DNA from: Perna viridis | Lineage: Eukaryota | Assembly (NCBI GenBank): GCA_037379345.1 | Contig: CM074512.1 | Location: forward strand, 64,253,597-64,317,596 | Length of the DNA: 64,000 nt | Reading direction: 5' to 3' | In this document: piece after piece, positions 11,896-21,285 of the stretch | Layout: every line of letters starts with the position of its first letter | Position numbering within the stretch: the stretch's first letter is position 1 | Notes under the pieces: generated by a model | Told to the model about the DNA's origin: nothing | Database searches by the model: none | Seen by the model: the letters and a program-made list of their open reading frames with translations, nothing else | Translations under genes and position numbers: made by a program

Positions 11896-12995
11896 TGGGT
11901 TCTGGATTCTCCTTAGACCCTCTAGCAGACGCACATGGACGTAATGACGGAGGCTTTGATGGTAACGTAGTTCAAGTTGTAGATCCGTCAGAAGTACGTC
12001 CCGTAACCAACATCACAGAAATAAACAATGTGACGCTTGATCCGTTTGAACAACTTCCAAGACGACATTGGAGGAGAAGACGACCCCCATTTTGGCGGGA
12101 AAATGCGTTCGGCTTCCCCATATCGCCATTTGGTCCATCAGCGGCTGGGTTTGGACGAAATCCCTTCTCTGGTCCGACCGCTGAGCAGAATAATAATCCA
12201 GACGTCCATTCCAATACTCATCTGCACAAACATGAAAGGGTTCCTTCGGTTCAACCAATAACAAGCGGGCCACAAACTATTGGGTCAAGTCTTTTGCAAA
12301 CTTTGGGAATACCAAACATGAACAGAAACATACCTGACAGCAACCCAACTAATAAGAGAAATTGGCTTAATTCTAAATCATCAAACTCAGCACCTACAGA
12401 AATGTTAACCCAGGCACTAAAACAAAATCTCCAAGACCCTAAAACAATTAATCAATTGAGTGAAGCTGTATTACAAGCTGTCGCAGGAAAAGTTGTTACA
12501 AATCTCGTTGACAAGTTAGTAGACAAAGTGTCTGGGAGTTTAAATCCATCAGTAAGTCTACCCGGCTTTGCACAGAATCAGGCTGGGCGTGGCTTTGGGC
12601 AACCTAATATTCCGGTGACACATACCCAGGGAGCCAACAGTGCGACAGTAATTCCAGTATTAGACCGCGGTGGTCCCGTTCATTTATCTCCAATAGCTTC
12701 AGGAGCACATTCCCAGGAACCAAATAGCGCGGCAATAGTTCCTGTAATAGACCACGGTGATCACGTTCATTTACCTCAAGGAACCTCAGGAATACATTCA
12801 GAGGGAGCAAATAGTGCGGCGGTGGTTCCGATAATAGACCATGGCGATCACATCCATTTACCACAAGGAGCAGTTTTGCCAGTGGTTAATCGCAATTCAC
12901 AAACAACACGAGTTCCTTCGAGATGGAACGGTAATATTAGGCCCTGGGTTAATTTTGGTATGAGGCGTCGGAATCCCTTTTTTGCTATTGGTTGA
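11896..12995 (+). CDS. Gene B terminal exon: probably secreted low-complexity P/N/G/H-rich protein with 3x29-aa repeats (HGDHxH); upstream exon not identified
   Basis: Acceptor catttaacatttcag|11896 (phase 1), 1.1 kb open frame with coding-like composition. Starts xGSG|FSL like a signal-peptide end; ATTAAA at 13055. Confidence 0.85.
12618..12880 (+). repeat. Coding tandem repeat, 3 x 87 nt (29 aa)
   Basis: His codons at 12621, 12708, 12795 mark period 87. Confidence 0.9.
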
Positions 12996-13072
12996 GGTAG
13001 CTGTGGGTTGACATTATAGATAAAACATTAACATGGACACAGTAATATTTTGATATTAAATTGTTTATTAAG

Positions 13073-13313
13073 CAGTGGCGGATTCAGGGGGCCCGGCCCC
13101 CCTTAGAAATTGCAATTTTTAAAAATTGTTGAAAAATTGTTCAAGATACCCTCAGAATGCAGGATTTGAGGTTTAATCTTTCAAAATTTTCTGGAGGGGC
13201 ATTCCCCTTAACCCCCTAGCAAATTCGGATCATTTCGTGATCTTCACCAGTGATCCTGTGAAGAATTTTTTTTTTGCCACCCCCCCTTACCTTAAACTCT
13301 GGATCCGCCACTG
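13073..13313. mobile_element. MITE with CAGTGGCGGAT TIRs and 5-bp TSD (hAT5-like)
   Basis: TIRs cagtggcggattcag / ctggatccgccactg; direct repeat TTAAG on both flanks (13068-72, 13314-18). Confidence 0.9.
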
Positions 13314-14115
13314 TTAAGGGTTGACTTACATGTATTGTACATAGCATTTTTGTTGCTATCTTCAATATAAATCTGGGTAATATGCATGGAAACTCTAAAA
13401 ACCACCTTAAGCACAGACAAAAATAATATCGGGAGAGGGAAATTCTTCGAACCTCACATGGTAAAAATATGAAGTGTTATACAATACGTGAGGTTCTTGA
13501 CGCAGTACTAAATTGTTGTAATATGTGGGTTCAATTATAAAGGGTACAGAAGCCTAAATTCTCCGGATAAAACAGTCGTACAGATAAAAATACAATGTCG
13601 GGGAAGTGCTTGAAGACGGCATGTATCCTGCGACTATGTCACTTCTGAAATAGTAATTTGATAAGAACACATCTATAGATATATCTTTCGATACATCCTT
13701 TGTGTGCATAATTTGAGCAAAAATTAGTGAATTTAAGGCTGGACTCCTTATTTTTAATTTGTCATGGGATGGGGTCTCCCTTTTTTTTCAAGGTGTCTGG
13801 ATCTTCCAATCGTTTATTTAGTTTTTCTTCATGTCATGATATTGTATTTGTATGAAATGCTATAATTAATGAATTAATGTCATCTTCGTCTCCGATTGTT
13901 TGTGCCTTTTTGTGCCAATTATTATGAACATAAAATATCCTTTTTCTCGCCTGTATAAGGCTATATTTTCTGTATTATATATAAAAGATAAAATTTGGAC
14001 AGACGTTCAAAAACAGCCATATCATTAGTTGTAACTATAATTTATTATGATAATCACACAAAAACACACATACACACAAAACCCACAAAATTAAAACAAA
14101 AAATTATCCTTAATA

Positions 14116-15417
14116 TCATACTTCTTTGTTTGTAGACAAAAAACACAGCATCTTTTTAATGGATGTACGTCTTAACTTTATTCCATTTGATTTAGGCCTC
14201 GAATCTGTCCGTAATCTCTTTTTATCCCGGTCAAGTCTGCATTCCGTCATGTCGATGTAGTGATGACGATATTGTGGAGATTCAGTGTCCGAACAATCTA
14301 CTAAAATATTAAAGTTGGGTAGACCATTATTATTTAGGTCTAAAACCGACGTAGTGTCTCCATTTAATGCAGAATTTAAATCTGTTCCCGTTTCGATATG
14401 TTTGTTAGAATTTAAGTTATTTCCTATTTCTACAGTTTCCTGTTTGCCAGTCTGATATTCTTGTTTCATTTCATGAGAGTTTGATTTATACAATGTCCCT
14501 TTAGAACTGTGAAATGATCTTTCTCTCTCAATTTTGTGTACAAGTCTTACAAGAAACTCATTGATTTCATCTTGTCTAACAATTGCCCCTTGTGTCTTTT
14601 TACACAATTCTGGGTAAAAGTCCTCTACCACGGACCCAGGAAATTTATCAGAGAGGGCACACAGTAGTCTTACATCCATTTCATTCATAGAATCCAAATC
14701 GGAACACCAATTGTTCTTGTAAGTGTCTGGCTCACAATCGCCAAAAACTAAGACCAATTTGCGTGAATTTTCACTCCAGTTTAAATTTTCTGTTTCGTGT
14801 AAAACCCAGTCATGTTTTGTCGTCTGGTTCGAGTCCGCTGTATCTTTAAACTCTTCGAAAAATTTCGTGACTGTTGATCTGTCTGTTGTGAATGTGGTAC
14901 GTGTTAATACGTGATTTTTCCGTCCGTCAGGTGTGTTTCCGTAAAGCAATACTGCCACTCGTACGCCTGATGACTGTAAGAGTCGGTCACATGTTTGACA
15001 AATGTTTATTTTTGTATTGTCCAAATCACATTTCGTTCTTTCAGATATATTCAGACAAAACAGTACATCTAGAAAACGCTTGGAACTCACGTTTAATTCA
15101 TTTAGGAGAGTCAGTGAGTGTGGTTTAGGTATTTCAGTCACAGGAACACACATTTGTTCTTCAGTTTTGCATTTGGTTAGGAAATCTACATCTTCATCGA
15201 GAAGTTTCTCAGCCTGCAGCGTGGAATTTTCTGCTATGCCGATGTGTTCTAATGGTTTGCTTCTTTCTAAAACCTGGCCATTTAGAAGGATTTTTATTCT
15301 TATTGATGGAACTCCTTCTAAGTTTCCTACTTTTTCGTTTACGCTGCATACAAGATCGGACGGCTTGAAAGAAAATCGGTAATGTTTTTCATTCAGAATG
15401 ACTTTTACTGGAATCAT
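14116..15417 (-). CDS. Intronless 433-aa protein: N-terminal ubiquitin-like domain, degenerate vWA domain (vwkA/alpha-kinase-associated type), disordered basic C-terminus
   Basis: Residues ~1-71 follow the ubiquitin pattern (..SDLVCSVNEKVGNLEGVPSIRIKILLNGQVLE..PLEHIGIAENSTLQ). vWA-like strands LDVLFCLN, VRVAVLLYG, FTTD, LNWSENSRKLVLVFGDCEP. TATAAAAA ~95 nt upstream and AATAAA ~70 nt downstream on the - strand. Confidence 0.85.
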   Translation of the reverse strand: MIPVKVILNEKHYRFSFKPSDLVCSVNEKVGNLEGVPSIRIKILLNGQVLERSKPLEHIGIAENSTLQAEKLLDEDVDFLTKCKTEEQMCVPVTEIPKPHSLTLLNELNVSSKRFLDVLFCLNISERTKCDLDNTKINICQTCDRLLQSSGVRVAVLLYGNTPDGRKNHVLTRTTFTTDRSTVTKFFEEFKDTADSNQTTKHDWVLHETENLNWSENSRKLVLVFGDCEPDTYKNNWCSDLDSMNEMDVRLLCALSDKFPGSVVEDFYPELCKKTQGAIVRQDEINEFLVRLVHKIERERSFHSSKGTLYKSNSHEMKQEYQTGKQETVEIGNNLNSNKHIETGTDLNSALNGDTTSVLDLNNNGLPNFNILVDCSDTESPQYRHHYIDMTECRLDRDKKRLRTDSRPKSNGIKLRRTSIKKMLCFLSTNKEV

Positions 15418-15700
15418 TTTTTCTCTCGTAAAATTGACCGTAAGAAATTGCAGTTGTTTTTATCAAAGGTTTCGGACTTTAAATATAACCCACCAATCAA
15501 AGAATGTTTATTTTTATAGTACGGTAGGTTTAAATGCTTGTATCCATGTATAAATATTATTCATATATGTTCAATATTATACCTAACGTTATGGCTAAAA
15601 ATAACTTATCTGAACAATTTTATGTCGTTGAATTAACGGGCGGTGCCACTGATTTGCCGGTTTCAATTGTTTTATATTCATGAAAGTGTTAAAGGAAATG

Positions 15701-15885
15701 CAGGGGCGAGTCCAGGTGAGGGCGTAATGGGCATACGCCCATTTTCCAAAGAAAAAATAACAAAATATTATATTGAATATGGCAATTTATCATATTCTTT
15801 CATTAAACGTGTCATAACCCGGTTTCCTTTTATACTGATTCTCGTAATTACGCCTCCCTTTCATAAAATCCTGGACCTGCCCCTG
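15701..15885. mobile_element. MITE with CAGGGGC..GTCCAGG TIRs and 5-bp TSD (hAT5-like)
   Basis: caggggcgagtccagg / cctggacctgcccctg; TSD AAATG on both flanks. Confidence 0.85.
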
Positions 15886-17295
15886 AAATGGGAGCCGTTA
15901 TGTCTCGTAAATAATGCCAACAAATTTTGTTCTAACAAATGTTGTGGAAAAAATCAATGTGATTCAAATGGGGGAAGGGAAATAATCCAAGCTTTCATAG
16001 TGCTTGGAAGAAGTTAAATATTTATATAAAATGAATACGAAAGTTGCATCTTCACGAAATCAACAACAAAATTCCCCCAACAAACAATGGCCAAGTCACT
16101 GGAATCCCTGGATCATCCTTGACAGCAAGCATATACATCATGTACGAGATGCATGTGTATTATAGGGCTAAGAAGTGTACGTGGTACTGATATAAAATAA
16201 CTTCATTCAGATTTTTTAAGTACATGATAAAAGTTTCAAGCATCTACTCCGAATTTCATTGTTTATTGAATGGAGAACACGGTCGAATACCAAAGTAAAA
16301 TATGTCTGTTCTTGTACATGTACTATTCTAGTTCTTTGATTAATACACTGTCTATTTTGCCTCATACGAGACCTTTAAATACAATAAGTTTCAGTTTGGA
16401 TAAGTTTTATAGTAATTGACAGCATCCCACAGCGCCAGAGTGTATTGAGCCAACAACAATTTTTAAAAATTATTGTTTTGTTTTGTGGAAATAGTATTGA
16501 AATTTTCTTTTAGGAGCACGAACAATTCAAAATTTGTTTTATTATCCCCAAGTTTGAGTGGCGGTGCATAGTGATAATGGTGTCTGTCCAGGTGGATCAA
16601 ATCTTATAAAAGGTGCATTTTAGCAAATGGGAGAGTGGGTATCAAATTTGTGAGCATTGCCCACTGTTTTTTTTTCTATTTTCCTTTTGCTGTCAAAACT
16701 TCACAGGGGATAAAGGTTCATGCAGAAGTGGAACTACAGAGGCGGATACAGAGGTTGTCAAAAGAGGGGCCCGGCTCTGTCATGGCGCAGTGATTTCCTT
16801 TATAATCAACAATTTTTCTGACTTAAGTGGGGGTGGGGTGGGCCTAGGTCACTACTTATTTCATGATTAATGAAAGTAGTTACCATAATTATCCATTAAT
16901 TTATACCTTGAACCATTCCCCTATAAACCCCTAGGCCTATATTTTTTTCCTTAAGTTGGCCTTACTCTCTAAAGCGGATTTTTAAAATAGTTTTTGTCAT
17001 GCATATGCGAAAACAGCAGTTTTGGTAACTCGTATGGCTAGGCAACTACATATGCTACAAGAACCACAATCATGCAGATAAATTATAAAGGCTGGGTCAT
17101 ATACAAAAAGAATTTTCCCATCAATGAATCCACACTATATAAATGCAAGATATAGGAAATGATACAAGCGGGAAGAGCTATTTTATTTTTGTTCGTCGGT
17201 AAAAAGCACTGATAAAAAGAAATAAAAAAAAAAGACACCCATATTTCTGCTATAGAAACGGATTCTATTCCATGCATTTATTTCAAACAATAACA

Positions 17296-17331
17296 CAGAC
17301 ATATATACGAACGTTCGTATATGTGTCCCTG
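17296..17331. repeat. 36-bp palindromic mini-element
   Basis: gacatatatacgaac|gttcgtatatgtgtc (1 mismatch, no loop); flanks aataaca / gataaca. Confidence 0.7.
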
Positions 17332-17754
17332 GATAACAGAAGGTGAATAATCAAGTTTGAATAAATTTAATTGTATTCAATATACATTGTAAGGGTCAAA
17401 ATATATGTAAGTCCCCTCCCCGGTTAGAAAGGGCACAGCAAATTACACTTACTACGCTTTTAAACGATCAAAGTCAGGAGATTGAGTCCACGTTGAACGA
17501 GGTTAGTCTCAAAACCTTGACTTTGAAGGATGCTGGAGGTTTGTTGGCAAGCTGTTTTCTTATTTGGTGCAATCTTACGTTGTTGGAGAAGGGGGAACAT
17601 CAAAATAGAGTTAACGAAAAGTTCTTCTTATCTTCATAACGTCTATTAAAAAGCTATTTCCGATTTTCTTACATTCTAAAATTTCAACAAGATTGAGTTA
17701 CACCCCCTATCCTTTCATGGATAAGGTTTTCAATTAAAGCATGCATAGGTTCGA

Positions 17755-17841
17755 GGCAGTCGTATTGGGTCTAGGTGAACTGTATAGGGATGAGGCAACG
17801 CCGAGGACCTATATATCTGATGAAGGCCCAATGCGACTGTC
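17755..17841. repeat. Small foldback element
   Basis: ggcagtcgtattgggtct ... aggcccaatgcgactgtc outer stem; tatagg/cctata inner stem; ggc-aac-gcc tip. Confidence 0.65.
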
Positions 17842-18748
17842 CCCCTCCCAAATATTTTAGATATATGAAAATATATCCACTTCATTTTATATAACACTAT
17901 TTGTATTTTAAATCATTAGTTGATAAAGTAAAAGACAAGTTTACGAAAGTTTAAAATGACAGTGTTTTTTTTTAGAAGCACACAGAATTCTATTTTTTCT
18001 ATTTTTTTGAGTCGTTGAAACCCAGAAAGTATTATTCGATGGAGTTCATGTGTATGTAGTCAGTGGATTAACTATGCATGTCCGTAAACAGTGAGAAAAA
18101 GAAAAAAAATCTCTGAATTCTCAAGAGTATTTTAAAACAATCGAATTGCACAAAGTAGAAGTGTTTAATTACATGCGCTATATAAATACAGTAACATATG
18201 CGAAGACGAGGTTATGCTGTAATCGCGCGTAATGTCATTGAGCGCTGCCACTGGCTGCTCTCTGTCACCCCGTAGCAAGTGGTACCTATCTTCACATGCA
18301 TCTTTCGATTTAGGATAAGGAAAAGAAACGGTTTTTATGAAGATATAAGCATAATATAATGTATATTTATGAAGGATGTCGACAAATTGATTGTGCTGGG
18401 TGCATGCAGGAGATACTTTTTACAATTATATGCATGAATTCTTCATATCAAGAATGAGATTTTCTGCAATCGATTTTCTGATTTCTATGATCCACTTTCT
18501 TTTATTTTATATCTTTATATCAAAAATTAAATTTTATATAAAAATCGACTTACTGATATAAAAAGAATAATATCAGAAAAGTGGTTTTATCTTAGGATTT
18601 ATTGATATCATTAATACAAAAATCTGGATATAAACAAAACTGAAAATTGAATAGCACTTAGGGGCCCCAGAGTCATGTAAAAATACAGCTACAATTTTTG
18701 TACAAGTAAAATATAATTATTCGAACAATTTAGTATGATTTTGGTCGT

Positions 18749-18881
18749 CAGTGGTGGATCCAGGGGGCCCGCCCCGCCCCCTTAGAAAAAAGTTGAAACA
18801 CTGTGTGTTCCTCATCGGTTATCCTGCCTAGAATTTTTTTGCCCCCCCCCCCCCTTACCTAAAACTCTGGATCTGCCACTG
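18749..18881. mobile_element. Shorter member of the 13073 MITE family
   Basis: cagtggtggatccag / ctggatctgccactg; flanks gtcgt/atcgt (5 bp, 1 mismatch); same subterminal sequences as the 13073 copy. Confidence 0.85.
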
Positions 18882-19310
18882 ATCGTTTCCATATCCCTGA
18901 TCACAAAATTTGATATCAGATACAATATCAATTCAATGTTATCATAGACCTGTAATTAAAATTAATTACAAAGGTCTAGAAGTTGAAGAAAAAAATATGC
19001 AAAATACAGAGTTAATGAAATTTTGTATGAATTGCCTATTCGAAAGTTGGATACCGAAGATACACAAATTTTATGATAAAAGGAAATATTTGAAGGCAGT
19101 TAAACAAATCCATTCAAATTTATATGAAATGACGGAAATTAAGGATTCAAATGGTCTACAATAAAAATCCTTGCGGAAATGTTAAAATTTAATAAACTGA
19201 CGAATGTGTCCATAGAAATCTAATAAAGAAAAAATGAAATATATAAGCTTTTTCAGAGAAATCAAATGCTTCGGGTGAACATAGCTTCAACAGTTACAAA
19301 TTTAATATTA

Positions 19311-19386
19311 TTTCCCGCAATTTTTAATACCGGAAATAGTCGTTGACAGTTTTCTCCCCTGACTCATGTTACCCAGCATGCACCAG
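19311..19386 (+). promoter_or_regulatory. Putative proximal promoter of the kinase gene: E2F (TTTCCCGC 19311), ETS (ACCGGAAAT 19329), AP-1 (TGACTCA 19360), ZNF143/Staf-like (TACCCAGCATGCACCAG 19370)
   Basis: Four consensus-like motifs within 76 bp, ~200-280 bp upstream of the ATG, in CpG-retaining DNA. Confidence 0.5.
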
Positions 19387-19591
19387 AACTGTCATCCTCG
19401 TTTGTGTTCATAAATTTTGTAAATTTAATGCCAAATTATGCCTTTATTTTCATCTACAATAAATATTTTGCATATAAGCATACGCAGGAATATGTGTTGA
19501 CCGTAAAATGTAACTTAGATCGCCCAGAAACCGACCATTTTCGGGTGTTGTAGTGACTCCAGGTTAACGAGGATTGTCATTTCTGCAGAGG

Positions 19592-19648
19592 ATGGCTTCT
19601 CATAGTGTTAACGTTAGTTTAGATGACATTGATTTGTCCAGTTTAAGA
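19592..19648 (+). CDS. MAP4K4: Kinase exon 1 (MASHSVNVSLDDIDLSSLR)
   Basis: 57 nt; donor gtaagt. Confidence 0.95.
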
Positions 19649-21183
19649 GTAAGTATCAGTTTATTGATGTAGGCAATGAACTGCATTTTCTGTTGGTTCA
19701 GTTCTTTATAGTTTTCTTCTGATGATTCACGACAAGAAGTAGTCATCAGACATAAACAAAGAAAACAAAAGTTCTTCCTGTCGAATATTGCACTCCTTCA
19801 CTCAGGCTTCAGCATCATTTAAAACGCACGTATGAACTTCAAAATGCCATTAAAAACCATCACTATAATTAAATCTTAATTTTCCTCTAGAACAATAAAT
19901 GGACTGCAGATGGTAAGATCTGTCCCTGGACGATTTGTAATCTTGATTTTCATTTATATAATTTCTTAATATTGGAAGTCCACTGTCATTTCTTTTACCT
20001 TTTAATACATTTGATGCTGACTAAATAAAAATCTTCATAAGTAGTAAGCCTGATATTGAACATCATGATGAATAAAAGAAATGCTAAAAATTTACATACA
20101 CTGTAATGCAGTTACTGTACATGTACATTTTTGTCTACCATGTACATGTTTCATTTCAAATCAAGGAAGGGCACTTCTCCGGTACTAACAGAGGAGCTAA
20201 AAATAGAAATAATGATATTTAAATAGTTCAGCATTTATTTTTTAAGGAATTCCCTTGTTGGACAGATTCTTACTGAAACATTCAAGGTTTAACTTTCACT
20301 TGCTGAGTAGATCTGATTGGGACAGTAAATGTGCATTGTACATGTAACTTCTAAATATATGAGCTATTGTTTTAGAAATACATGTACTTGTCCGTTATAA
20401 ATGTTCTAACTGTATTACTCTTCATAAGAAGGGGAAAATATCATACTGTCAAACCTTGGTAGCTCTAACTCCAGTGGACCATTCTGATGTGTTCAGTTAT
20501 TGGGAGTTTGAGAAATTGAATTTTGAAGATTTCCGTATTTTTTTGTTGCCAGTCAGAGTTCGACTTTATTGTTAGAAATTGGTAACTTCCTGTGACGTTT
20601 TGTTAGATAATGGAATTTTTTCATTTGATTTTAGAAGGTTTTGTTGATTTGTAGACTTTAAAAAAAATGTGTTTGCTGCAAAAATTTACAGAGTTCAAGT
20701 TTGTTGAGTTAATAAATTGTATCATTTAATTTTTTCTTTGATGCTGTCATCATGTTGCGTTTGGAACAGTCTTGAAGTTCAATTATTTTCATGTTAGATT
20801 GACCTTACCTAATTAATGGTTACATAAATTTTACCAGTAATTACCTAAAATGACACATGGATTAATGACAGGGCTTCAGTTGTTCATACTTTTTATTACC
20901 CAAGCTGATAAAATGGCTGGCGAGTTTGAGTTAGTGAGGGTTTTTTTTGTAAGATTTGTTACTATGTGGACTGAGTTTGAGTGTTAGAGAATCCAAGGTT
21001 ATTTTTTCATGTACTGATTATATTGGAGAAAAACTTTTAAAGTTTGTACTTTGAATTGTGTTCGTGCCATCTGATTTCCCCATTTTTTGGTAAACATACA
21101 TATACATTTACCTTCCTCTTTTCGTTTTCCAACTTTGTGTTATGAAAGACATATCTGTTTATACATGTTTTTTTTCTTTGTAG

Positions 21184-21285
<102 letters not shown>

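Noticed and set aside
14723-15382. Plus-strand ORFs overlapping the UBL-vWA gene, and antisense ORFs over genes A and B
   Set aside because: Shadow frames of real coding sequence.
17755-17841. CTGATGA (17817-23) inside a foldback as a hammerhead ribozyme
   Set aside because: No correctly placed GAAA and only one internal stem, so the three-way junction cannot be built.
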